A stretch of 57,583 nt of DNA from an uncultured cyanobacterium. Its GTDB lineage: Bacteria; Cyanobacteriota; Cyanobacteriia; Thermosynechococcales; Thermosynechococcaceae. The stretch is taken from assembly GCA_937951315.1 (NCBI GenBank), contig CALFCG010000071.1, forward strand, positions 1 to 57,583, written 5' to 3'. Position numbers and translations under genes: made by a program. Shown here piece after piece: positions 10,404-19,712 of the stretch (position 1 is the first letter of the stretch; the number at the start of each line of letters is the position of its first letter). The notes below the pieces were generated by a model. That model was not told the origin of the DNA. It worked only from the letters and a program-made list of their open reading frames with translations, and did no database searches.

Positions 10404-11123
10404 ATGAAAACAGCTAAGCTAGGCGCACTTTTATCTTTGGCCGTGATCAGTGCCCTAACTGTTCATCCCCCAGCATTCAGCAACGAACCGGCGGGAAAAT
10501 GGATGCAAGTGAATGAACAGACCTTGCGGTTTGTCGGTCAGATAAACCGCAAAACCGCAGCCAGATTCAATAAAATCATTACCCCTGAGATCACAACCGT
10601 AATTGTCCAATCGGGAGGCGGAGACGTCGATAATGCCCTCCAAGTCGGTCAAGAAATCCACAGACGCCAACTCAATATTATTGTCGATGGCAGATGTGGT
10701 TCATCTTGCGCCAACTATTGGTTTGTGGCGGCAGCTCATAAAACCGTAAGAGAAGGCTCATGGGTCGGCTTTCATGGGAATCCATCTTCTTCTTTGCCCT
10801 ACTACAATCGCCGCAAGTTTAACCAAGCCTTCCTCGATTCCTTGACTGAATTTGCGCAGCAAGAGCGCGTTTTCTTTCAAGCGCTCGGCGTTGATATTGC
10901 GCTTGTTGAGCGTTCCTCCACCATTACCGTTGCCTTCGACCGTCCAGCCTATCTCCCATCCCCCGAACAGCTCGCCTGCTTTGGCGTCTCTAACCTCAAC
11001 ATGTGGTACCCCTCAACAGCTGCAGAGAAAGCAAAACTCTGGGGAGCAGGCGGCAATGTTGTCTTAACCCCTGAAGTTGCAGCCAAGCCAGAACTGTCCG
11101 CAACACTCTGCAATCAGCGTTGA
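10404..11123 (+). CDS. Exported hypothetical protein, ClpP/crotonase-like fold
   Basis: Signal peptide; SGGGDV, CGSSCANY and GFHG motifs. Confidence 0.7.
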   Translation: MKTAKLGALLSLAVISALTVHPPAFSNEPAGKWMQVNEQTLRFVGQINRKTAARFNKIITPEITTVIVQSGGGDVDNALQVGQEIHRRQLNIIVDGRCGSSCANYWFVAAAHKTVREGSWVGFHGNPSSSLPYYNRRKFNQAFLDSLTEFAQQERVFFQALGVDIALVERSSTITVAFDRPAYLPSPEQLACFGVSNLNMWYPSTAAEKAKLWGAGGNVVLTPEVAAKPELSATLCNQR

Positions 11124-11215
11124 GATCTGAAAAGACATTTCCATATAAAACGCTGAATCTCTTCAATAGAGAGAGACCTGAGAAATCAAAACTGCTGAAG
11201 GATGTCAGGCTTGTG

Positions 11216-11725
11216 TTGTATATATTTGGGGGACTTCCTGGCACAGGGAAAACTGAACTTGCATCCCATTTATCTCAAGTTTTACAGGCAACCTATTTAG
11301 GAATCGACACCATTGAGCAGGCCCTAAGAGATGCAGGAGCAACCGCAATCGGCCCCGAAGGATACGAGATTGCCTATCGGGTCGCAACAGACAACCTCAA
11401 GCTGGGAGATGTAATCGCTGATTCCGTCAACTCCATCCAAATTACGCGTCAGGCCTGGCGTCAGGTTGCCCTGAACGCTGGTGTCGAATATCAGGAAATC
11501 GAAGTCATTTGCTCTAATACTGAAGAGCATCGCCAACGCATTGAATCTCGTCAGCCTCGCATACCAGGCTTGAAATTACCCACCTGGCATGATGTTCTAA
11601 AACGTGAGTACGATTTCTGGGACAGTCATCCAATCCAGATCGATACGGCAGGTCAAACCGTCTCTGAAAGCAAAAAAGCTCTTGAGCAACAGGTGGATTC
11701 TAGACGACGCTCGTCATTGAGATAA
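11216..11725 (+). CDS. P-loop small-molecule kinase-like (AAA_33 type) protein
   Basis: GGLPGTGKT Walker A, IADSVN, HRQRIESR lid; start uncertain (TTG 11216, GTG 11213 or TTG 11120). Confidence 0.85.
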   Translation: MYIFGGLPGTGKTELASHLSQVLQATYLGIDTIEQALRDAGATAIGPEGYEIAYRVATDNLKLGDVIADSVNSIQITRQAWRQVALNAGVEYQEIEVICSNTEEHRQRIESRQPRIPGLKLPTWHDVLKREYDFWDSHPIQIDTAGQTVSESKKALEQQVDSRRRSSLR

Positions 11726-11786
11726 AAGCGTTAGTTACCAGATGTCAGCAGTATTGAGTCCAGCCGTTCACTAGCTTTTAGTAACC

Positions 11787-12845
11787 TCATACCGGTGGAT
11801 GAAGACAGGTGATACCTCTCATGTGAGAGGTCAAAGCTGAAATCTCGAGACCTGCACGCTGAGCCGCCAATACCCCAATTGCCTCCAAATACGATCGCAC
11901 CTTTGTCACCTGAATCCCAAAAGCTTCTGGCTTAACCTGAAGTGCAGTAGGGCTATCAACAGCAATAATTCGCGTTGAGGCTTGGTTCAAGCTTAAGATC
12001 GCACTCCCCCCGCACGCCGTCTCCGGTACCACAATTGCATCCAAATCCTCTGCCCACAGGTCCGTTGCTGCCCCCCGCTGTTGCAAGAACTGCGGCGAAC
12101 GGCTCAATCCCACCAATACCGACGGTAAGAACGTATAGCCCAACTCCTCAGCTGCGGACCGAGGGCTGACCTGCGGATCTACAGGGAGTGGCTGCAAAGC
12201 CGGAGCATGAGCGCAAGGGATCTGAAAAGTCCTTACCACGAGATGACTAATCACAGCCTCTGCACCAGCCAGCGGATCAACCCCCTGCCCCTGACGATAG
12301 CTCTGAAGTACGTCAGCCTCAATATCATCAGGAAAACGAGCGACAACAGCAATTGCAGTCGCTCCCAATTCAGTAATAGACGTTTCCACGGCCCGCAGCA
12401 GACTATCAGGATTATCAATCGTGCCCCAAGTCGCCCCCGAAGCAGCGGTCTTCAAAGCCACATTAAGCGGAGCATCCGTCACAACAGCATCGGTCAACCG
12501 TAGCCCTAGAGTCGCACGAGCAGCATCAGCAACCTGGAGATGACGTAGACGTAAATCTGGCTCAATACCCTGATCCAGCACTAGACCAATGCGATTACTC
12601 CGCACAGGTCTGAGTCCCCACTTGCCCGCAGCATATTGATCAAGGCCGTAGCCCTCAACATAGAGCGCCTTCTCAATGGGCCAGTATAGCTGTGCCCCGT
12701 TCATAACATTGGGATGAGTGATCAGGCGATCGCAAACCGACGCAATGCCCCGCGCGACCGGCAGAGCATCCCCTGCATAACCACCAATCTCAGCCCCAAT
12801 CCCGGTCGGAACAATCAGGGCAACCGTAAAGGGTCGCTCAGTCAA
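11787..12845 (-). CDS. DUF3326 domain protein
   Basis: PTGIGAEIGGYAGDA, THPNVMNGA, GAEAVISH, AAEELGYTFLP; TTG start overlaps upstream stop. Confidence 0.88.
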   Translation of the reverse strand: MTERPFTVALIVPTGIGAEIGGYAGDALPVARGIASVCDRLITHPNVMNGAQLYWPIEKALYVEGYGLDQYAAGKWGLRPVRSNRIGLVLDQGIEPDLRLRHLQVADAARATLGLRLTDAVVTDAPLNVALKTAASGATWGTIDNPDSLLRAVETSITELGATAIAVVARFPDDIEADVLQSYRQGQGVDPLAGAEAVISHLVVRTFQIPCAHAPALQPLPVDPQVSPRSAAEELGYTFLPSVLVGLSRSPQFLQQRGAATDLWAEDLDAIVVPETACGGSAILSLNQASTRIIAVDSPTALQVKPEAFGIQVTKVRSYLEAIGVLAAQRAGLEISALTSHMRGITCLHPPV

Positions 12846-13009
12846 TCCGTTAAGACAACCGCTTCTACTTGAGCTTTATCATCCTTGACCTCTGTTACGG
12901 CCCAACGCAAAGGTTCACCCTGCTCCTTAAGTTGCGCTTCAATCACTTCAGGCAGCTCTTGAGCCGTCGCCTGTAGATCCACTTCAGCCGTAATAAAATG
13001 AGTCGTCAT
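12842..13009 (-). CDS. 55-aa small protein (not in ORF track)
   Basis: MTTHFITAEVDLQ...GEPLRWAVTEV...VEAVVLTD*; GGAGG SD upstream; TTGA overlap with DUF3326 gene. Confidence 0.8.
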   Translation of the reverse strand: MTTHFITAEVDLQATAQELPEVIEAQLKEQGEPLRWAVTEVKDDKAQVEAVVLTD

Positions 13010-13079
13010 GAGACCTCCAGCATCAATCAGCTTTCTTATACTTTATGTCAGATAGATCAAAGAACCGATGGGCATCTGA

Positions 13080-13400
13080 TTAAGACTGCCCAAATTGACG
13101 TTCATACACTTCAGCCTCTTTCCCGGTCTCAAGCTTCAAATTAGACCGAGGATAGGCAACACAGAGAAGCGTATATCCATCTTTGAGCAGCTCTGGACCT
13201 AGACCCATCGCATCGTCTTGGGCAACCTGTCCTTCATCCAAAATCAGAGCTGCACAGGTCGTACATACACCAGCGCAACAAGAACTAGGCAAATCAATAT
13301 CAGCAGCATAGGCAGCGCGGAGAATAGTCTGATCCTCGGGCACCTCTAGAGTATGAACATCACCAGCATGACGAAGTTCTACTGTGTACGTATTGGGCAT
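13080..13400 (-). CDS. Plant-type [2Fe-2S] ferredoxin, minor (Fed3/FdC1-like) class
   Basis: CxxxxCxxC...C ligands, LLCVAYPRS, extended YERQFG C-terminus. Confidence 0.92.
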   Translation of the reverse strand: MPNTYTVELRHAGDVHTLEVPEDQTILRAAYAADIDLPSSCCAGVCTTCAALILDEGQVAQDDAMGLGPELLKDGYTLLCVAYPRSNLKLETGKEAEVYERQFGQS

Positions 13401-13497
13401 AGCGTTGAAGCATGGCGCAGAGAGTTCGGATATATTATTTCACATTCTCGGCAGGCTCATCGTCAACGAAAAGAAAGCACAACTCTGTTCAATGAAT

Positions 13498-13513
13498 TGT
13501 GATCCATATCACG
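13498..13513. promoter_or_regulatory. Candidate CRP box
   Basis: TGTGA-TCCATA-TCACG. Confidence 0.5.
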
Positions 13514-13566
13514 CTCATGCCTAATTTCTAATGCCTCAATAGAAGAGAACCTCTCAAAAAGCTCTC

Positions 13567-14334
13567 GTGACTGTGTCTCCAAACTCGACTGCTAAAAAGA
13601 GCAGAAAAATATCTCCCGAACGTCACGTTCTGGTAATTGATGATGGCAATCGCCGCGCTGTCTCCTTAGATGCAGCGGCTTATTCCATTGGTCGCGATCC
13701 GTCCAATGCCATTGTGCTGGATACCGTCACCGTTTCTCGGAAACATGCGATTTTGCTCCGTCTCCCGATTCCGGGAGAGCATCGTTATCGCTATCGTCTC
13801 ATTGATGGTGACTCCACGGGACAGCCTAGCGCCAATGGCGTATTTGTCAATCAACAACGTTGCAGTTCACACGAGCTGGTGAACGGAGACACCATCAGCT
13901 TAGGCCGCAAAATTCAGGCCTCTTACTTGACTGTCGCCATGGAAGAAGCTGAGTTTGCGAAATATTTAGAATCAATTGAATTTCATAGTCTCAAAAAATC
14001 TAATTTGGTCGATAGTAGAGCGACCCTGGTCGCTGACGTAGATCCAGCATCGACAGGGAGCGCTAACCCCCAAGCTCGAACCAGCGTTCAACCATCCTCT
14101 CCAGATTTAGACTTCAAGGGCACGATAATTGAAGATAGCCCCAGTTTGACTCCTGATGATCAAGCGCAAAGCTTCAGCCTTCTAGACTTTATTACTCAAC
14201 ATCGTCTGCCAGTCTTAGCAACTGCAATCGTCACAAGCATAGTGTGCTTGAGCATGGGATGGAGCATCCTGAAGACACAGTCCCAAGAGCCACAACAGTC
14301 CAACGTTGCGCCCCTTGTCGTCCCTTCGAGTTAA
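13567..14334 (+). CDS. FHA-domain protein with C-terminal TM helix
   Basis: IGR, VSRKHA and SANG FHA motifs. Confidence 0.9.
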   Translation: MTVSPNSTAKKSRKISPERHVLVIDDGNRRAVSLDAAAYSIGRDPSNAIVLDTVTVSRKHAILLRLPIPGEHRYRYRLIDGDSTGQPSANGVFVNQQRCSSHELVNGDTISLGRKIQASYLTVAMEEAEFAKYLESIEFHSLKKSNLVDSRATLVADVDPASTGSANPQARTSVQPSSPDLDFKGTIIEDSPSLTPDDQAQSFSLLDFITQHRLPVLATAIVTSIVCLSMGWSILKTQSQEPQQSNVAPLVVPSS

Positions 14335-14360
14335 GATCCTCACACCGTTGAAGCCAGCAC

Positions 14361-14888
14361 TTAAAGTGCAGGACGACCAAAAAGAATGGGTAATCGCGCT
14401 GCAACCGGGTCAGTCACCTTTGACTGATTAACATAGGCCCAATATTGACTTAAGAAATGAATTTGCTGGAGTCCCACAATCAAATTTAGACCCGGGATAA
14501 ACAGCCACCAGACCCTGAGCGGCGGCTGTTGCTTCGCTTGCATATATAGCTGATTGACGGTGCGATACAGCCGAAACTGAACAATATAAATCCACACAAT
14601 CCCTAGGAGTGAGAACCACCCAAACCACCCTGGGACATCTGGATCCCAGAGCCGCAAAGCCTGGGGAAGAAGCAGGCCAATCCCAAAGGGAAGAAGACAG
14701 AGCGCACCAGACCACCCCTCACCCTGATAGCTTCTTAATTCTTCTTGAATCGCCCACTTATAGTATCCGTAGTAGGCAAGTCCAGTTGCGACCGAAAAAA
14801 GCATGACTTTCCAAAGAGGGCGCGGCTGAACGGTAAGGGATTCAAAACGAGACATGGGCCAATGCTTGAAGAGCGAAAGAACCTTCAT
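14361..14888 (-). CDS. Membrane protein of unknown function
   Basis: About 4 hydrophobic helices; ATGA-coupled to upstream ATPase. Confidence 0.75.
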   Translation of the reverse strand: MKVLSLFKHWPMSRFESLTVQPRPLWKVMLFSVATGLAYYGYYKWAIQEELRSYQGEGWSGALCLLPFGIGLLLPQALRLWDPDVPGWFGWFSLLGIVWIYIVQFRLYRTVNQLYMQAKQQPPLRVWWLFIPGLNLIVGLQQIHFLSQYWAYVNQSKVTDPVAARLPILFGRPAL

Positions 14889-16165
14889 GATAAATCAACG
14901 GTCTGCAGGAAATCGATGAACTGACGGGCTGTTCTGCCCGAACGTCCATTTTGGCGAGTCGCCCACTGCAGCGCTTGAAAATCGAGATCTGAGATCGACA
15001 GCTCTATGCCCGCTTGTTGAGCCAAGTGGTGCACGATTTGAAGATACGTGTCTTGATCTGCCGGCTCAAAGGTTAGCGTTAAGCCAAAGCGATCACCAAG
15101 GGACAATTTTTCCTGAACCGTATCCCAATTATGAATTTCGTCGGCATCCCTGGGCCGGGGACGATCGTCAAAGAATTCGCGAATCAGATGGCGGCGATTT
15201 GAGGTGGCATAGACCACAACATTAGTGGGGCGGGCCGTTAGGTTACCTTCCAGCACCACCTTAAGAGCCTTGTAGGTGTTTTCATCAGCCTCAAAGGACA
15301 AATCATCCACAAAAATAATAAACTTCTGGGGCCGTGACCGAATTTGATGGAGAATCTGAGGCAAGGAGGTGAGATCGGATTTGCCTAACTCAATCAACCT
15401 CAAGTTGCGGTCTCCGTATTCAGTCAACAAAGACTTAATCAGAGCTGATTTCCCCGAGCCTCGACTACCATAGAGCAAAACATTGAGAGCAGGCCGACCC
15501 GCTAATAGCGCTTCGGTATTAACAATCAACTGATCGCGTTGGGCCTCATATCCCACCAACTGGCCCATCGAAATCGGATCAGGCTCTATTAGACCCACTA
15601 ACTGCTTTTCCTGCCACTGAAAGGCGCGATACCGAGCAAAGATACCTGTGCCACATTGCCGATAGTGTTGAGCTAATGTGGGCAATGCCTCGGCCCAATC
15701 GCTGACATTACTAAAAGGCATTGCAGCATCATAATGGCCCCAAGGCAGCATCGGAACCAATGTCCCTAATTGCTTCTCCAACGCTTGCTGGAGCTGCTGT
15801 TGCGGATCAGCAAATAACTGCTGCAACACTCTTAGATCATGCTGTGCAGCGGTAATCAACGTTGGCGAGAGTTGGGTCAAATCCGCAGCCTGCATTTGAA
15901 GCGTCAGGGGATTTTCTGCCCATAGAATATTTTGCAGGCCGTAGTTCAGCCATCCGGAATAGTCTTTAATAACAGCATGGTACCAATCCCCATAAGCCTG
16001 CAGGCATAATTCCTGCGACGAGATCCTACCAATATCTTGCTGCTCTAACGCTGAAAGCAATTGAATGAAGGCTAGCCCTGGCCCAGTTTTTACAATTGCC
16101 TGATAGAGCAATAGTGAAGCAGCTTTTTGCTTTATCTGTGCAAAGGGGCTCATGGGTTCAATCAT
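14885..16165 (-). CDS. DUF815 family AAA+ ATPase
   Basis: GSRGSGKS, FVDDLSF, YATSNRRHL, SGRTARQF. Confidence 0.92.
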   Translation of the reverse strand: MIEPMSPFAQIKQKAASLLLYQAIVKTGPGLAFIQLLSALEQQDIGRISSQELCLQAYGDWYHAVIKDYSGWLNYGLQNILWAENPLTLQMQAADLTQLSPTLITAAQHDLRVLQQLFADPQQQLQQALEKQLGTLVPMLPWGHYDAAMPFSNVSDWAEALPTLAQHYRQCGTGIFARYRAFQWQEKQLVGLIEPDPISMGQLVGYEAQRDQLIVNTEALLAGRPALNVLLYGSRGSGKSALIKSLLTEYGDRNLRLIELGKSDLTSLPQILHQIRSRPQKFIIFVDDLSFEADENTYKALKVVLEGNLTARPTNVVVYATSNRRHLIREFFDDRPRPRDADEIHNWDTVQEKLSLGDRFGLTLTFEPADQDTYLQIVHHLAQQAGIELSISDLDFQALQWATRQNGRSGRTARQFIDFLQTVDLS

Positions 16166-16355
16166 TCATCGACCTTGATAAGGCTAGACTGCTGACCCTG
16201 CTCAATGAAGCAGGCCATACTTAAACTAGCTCATCATTTGTGGTCTCAGGTGATTGAATCACCAGCGGAATCTACTCTTTCGGGATTATCGTGAGACGCC
16301 GGGTTCGAAGGAGAAGCTTTTGATCTCATCAATGGCAGCCTTCCCCACGGAAATT

Positions 16356-16730
16356 TTAAAACAGTTCGCCATCCATGGGGAGGCGTTCTAAAGCCATCCG
16401 AGCGAGTTGTGCTTCCGCTTCTAAATCTTCTTCTGGCAGCAAGGGCGTCGTCAGCCTCAGGGGTTCCTGAGTGACAATTGATAAACCTTTGTGAACCGCT
16501 GCTTTTAAGTGCTGACCGAACTCTTTCATGGCCCTTTGCTTCTGGCGATAAAGCCCTTCTTGGCTCGATGCATAGAGAGGGGGCACACGATTGAGAGCGT
16601 AGGTGGCAACTTCAGTAATGTTAATTTTCTGAGAGCGATAGGCAGGATTCTGGTTAACTTGGTTCTTGATTTCTTCCGCAACCAGCTCTTCCATTACATT
16701 CTTATAGATCTGTGCTTGATAAAAAGACAT
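16356..16730 (-). CDS. ComFB family protein
   Basis: NVMEELV...ATYALNRVPPLYA signature. Confidence 0.88.
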   Translation of the reverse strand: MSFYQAQIYKNVMEELVAEEIKNQVNQNPAYRSQKINITEVATYALNRVPPLYASSQEGLYRQKQRAMKEFGQHLKAAVHKGLSIVTQEPLRLTTPLLPEEDLEAEAQLARMALERLPMDGELF

Positions 16731-17160
16731 AGCCGCTAGCCTCGATGTAAATAAGGTTTAGATTAGATTTATTACTCAGACAACTGATGTTGGCCTCTCG
16801 GGTAGGTCGCTAGAGTGAGCGACCAAGAGTGCAATCACAACAGCCATTCGAGCGGTGGTCTTTTACGCAAATCTCACTAAACTCAAGATAGCAATCTAAC
16901 TCAGAAGTCTTAAGCGTAAAATTGCTGGATTAGCCAATCTATCCATATTTAGAATGGACCAAAAGAATCCGTGAATTATCAGTAGTTTTACGAGGTTTCT
17001 CCAGTAGCCACCCAATCTGGTCTAATTGCGGATCGATCGCGTGTCCGTATTTTCACGTGGAACCACTCATTGCTCGAGTTTTGCCTAGCATCAACGCTCA
17101 CATTTTCGAGATATTAAAGAGCACAGCTACTAACTTCTGCGGTCTCTAAAGCCAATCAGC

Positions 17161-18753
17161 TCAAGGATTCCAGCCGATGGGAAGGGTCGGCGATCGTCGC
17201 TGACGATCGAGAGTTTGCCCCTCTGTTTCGTGATCTAGAACCTCAATCACCTGACGATAAATAGCATCAGCCTGCTCAGGAGTATTGCCAATACTCGTTA
17301 GGCCCAGTTTGCCAAATTCTGATAAACAGCCCATGAGGTGAAAAACAGTTCCTGTTTCACTCCCGGTTTCAAAATGTAGATGGTGATCCGCAATAATATC
17401 CATCAGATCATTAGGCAACAGCCCTTGATAGGACTCTTTGCAGAGATTATCAGTGGCAACATAGCTTTTTGGAAGCCCCTGTTGACCAAAAAACTCACCT
17501 GTTTGGTGATCATAGGTACCATTGGTCAGCAACTTGAGAGTCATGAAGGGGTGGGTCGTACCACCCTTGCGTAAGTTGATTTCAATGGCGTGCAGATTCC
17601 AACAGATTTCACCTGTATCCGATTGGTGGGGTACAGCCACAAAGTCGACGCCATAACGTTCTAAGACTCCTTTTTGAGCCAAATACTGACCAACTTTTAA
17701 GCCTAATTCTTGCAGCTGGAGACGATAGGCAGCATCTGCAGGAAAGCGACAGCCAAGATAAATTTGTCCACTGGGTCCCCCCAAAATTTGATCGTGGGTA
17801 GAGAGGATTTCAACGTCACCATTGGGAGTCACACGGCCTTGAACGCTAGGGGAGCGTTTATTGTCACCCTCGACAAAGGCTTCAACAATGGCGCCAAGCT
17901 GGAGGATGCGATCGCAAAAATGGTCCCAGGTTTCACCTGCAGCTTCAAAAATAAGCTGAGGCATCCGATCTCGAATAATAACCAGCCGATCTGAAAACGT
18001 TAAATCAGACGGTGGCACATCCTGAAGATTGAGCAATGCATTCCCTTCACCCGAAAACCCTTGGTTCAACTTAACCACCATCCGTTGCAGATGCGGCTGG
18101 CGAGACCAAAGCTCAGCCGCCGCCTTCACCAGTTCCTCCGGCGTCTGCATTAACAAACTGCCATCAGGGTGAGGAACCGCACAAGCAGCAAAGACTTCCC
18201 GACTACCGCTTTTCGTCCCCCAGTGCAGCAACGCAGGATCAGCAGCTAAGAGTGGAATCCCCAACTGCAGAGATAACTCCCGCTCCAGCTCTGTCGAGTT
18301 AAAGCAAATCATATACGAGCGCTTGGGCCTCAGAGATTGACGAATTCGCGCCAACAATCGCGGGCGATCCAACAGCTTCTGACTTAGAGACTTGGCCGAC
18401 TGATCATACAAAGGGAGCAATAATAGGCGATTACGCGCATGGGAGAACGGAATACCGGGTAAAAGCTGAAGATAATAATCGATCACAATCGGGGGCAGCG
18501 GCTGAGACGTCACATAAATCAACCGGGTTTGCGGATGACGTAGACGAATCAGTGAAAACAACAACCGCTCTTCGTAATTTAAAAAGCCGTCTATCTTCTG
18601 CAATTCCTGCTGGTCTAGGCTAAAGGAAGGAATCACCAGAATATCTGTATCTTCCTGCTCCAGCGCCTCAATTGACTGCCAGCGTTGTGTCAGCTGAGCC
18701 TGCAGTTGCTGAAATGTCTCAGATCGGTCCTGCATGCCACCCCTCTTACTCAT
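17161..18753 (-). CDS. PGM1-related ATP-grasp peptide ligase-like protein
   Basis: YEERLLF, WGTKSGSR, VKLNQGFSGEGNA, SPSVQ, EINLRKGGTTHP. Confidence 0.85.
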   Translation of the reverse strand: MSKRGGMQDRSETFQQLQAQLTQRWQSIEALEQEDTDILVIPSFSLDQQELQKIDGFLNYEERLLFSLIRLRHPQTRLIYVTSQPLPPIVIDYYLQLLPGIPFSHARNRLLLLPLYDQSAKSLSQKLLDRPRLLARIRQSLRPKRSYMICFNSTELERELSLQLGIPLLAADPALLHWGTKSGSREVFAACAVPHPDGSLLMQTPEELVKAAAELWSRQPHLQRMVVKLNQGFSGEGNALLNLQDVPPSDLTFSDRLVIIRDRMPQLIFEAAGETWDHFCDRILQLGAIVEAFVEGDNKRSPSVQGRVTPNGDVEILSTHDQILGGPSGQIYLGCRFPADAAYRLQLQELGLKVGQYLAQKGVLERYGVDFVAVPHQSDTGEICWNLHAIEINLRKGGTTHPFMTLKLLTNGTYDHQTGEFFGQQGLPKSYVATDNLCKESYQGLLPNDLMDIIADHHLHFETGSETGTVFHLMGCLSEFGKLGLTSIGNTPEQADAIYRQVIEVLDHETEGQTLDRQRRSPTLPIGWNP

Positions 18754-19027
18754 TCTTAGCTCCAGACTCTAGCATTTTGGGTCAGCCTCCTCTGCTTACG
18801 AAACCCAAAAGTCACTGCTCTCCATTACAACAAACAAATCAACCTTAGTTCCGTAGTTTCCCAGAGGCTAAAGGAACAACCGATCTGCCACATTAGTAGA
18901 GAACACCGAGGTGAAGCTAAACGAGCCATCAATCTGTCCCATGCATCCCGTTCCACCAAGCCACTAACGCAAGGCCATCAAACGCATCATTTCCCAGATT
19001 ACCAACTACTCTGATCCCTGCACTTCC

Positions 19028-19201
19028 ATGTATGTGTCATCGCAACAAAATCAATATCTCAAGCAATTTCGACAAGTCATGACCCACCCCTTTTTCACGG
19101 GTGAATGTCCTCAGTGTGAGCAGCAACTACAGCTCGTGGACCGTGTGATCGGCCAGAGTCACTGCCCAAACTGTGGCTGGACTGATGAAGCAGAAGACTA
19201 A
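19028..19201 (+). CDS. 57-aa Zn-ribbon microprotein (not in ORF track)
   Basis: MYVSS...HPFFTGECPQC-x15-CPNCGWTD; two CPxC knuckles. Confidence 0.7.
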   Translation: MYVSSQQNQYLKQFRQVMTHPFFTGECPQCEQQLQLVDRVIGQSHCPNCGWTDEAED

Positions 19202-19223
19202 CAAGCACAAACAAGCAGCCTTT

Positions 19224-19598
19224 CTATAGCAACCGGAAGATAAATGGATATCGGTAGCTTTCATCGGGATTGCTCCAGCAGCTCACAATGGCAATCACCG
19301 GTACAACCCAGGTCATAAAGAGTAGAAATGCCGCCACGATCCAAATCAAAGGCAACAAAATAATCGTCCACCAGAAGAAGCTAATCACCCCGGCAATTAG
19401 GCCATAGAACCAAATATTAAAGTGATAGTTCAGCGATTCCTTCGCACTTTCTTTAACAACGGGATCATCAGAAACCAGCAAAATTGACAAGGGAATACCC
19501 GCTGACAACACGAGAGGGCTAAAGAAAATAGCCCCGTGACAAAGGGAAGACAAGAGCCTGCGTTTATCTGAATCGTATGTGTTAAGAACCATCAACAC
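19224..19598 (-). CDS. DUF4870 (Tic20-like) membrane protein
   Basis: AKESLNYH, 3 TM, YRYPFIFRL terminus. Confidence 0.85.
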   Translation of the reverse strand: MLMVLNTYDSDKRRLLSSLCHGAIFFSPLVLSAGIPLSILLVSDDPVVKESAKESLNYHFNIWFYGLIAGVISFFWWTIILLPLIWIVAAFLLFMTWVVPVIAIVSCWSNPDESYRYPFIFRLL

Positions 19599-19712
19599 GA
19601 TCTCCGTAAAGTAGCGGATCCTTTATAGAAGGTCAAAGTGACGTTGGATAAAGCATCGGCAATGACAGCCCTATAATATCGCTTTCAACCCAGCCACAAT
19701 AGTGGGGAAAAC

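Noticed and set aside
18911-18967. 18-codon ORF in frame with the Zn-ribbon gene, as PGM1 precursor or readthrough
   Set aside because: Too short; no supporting signal
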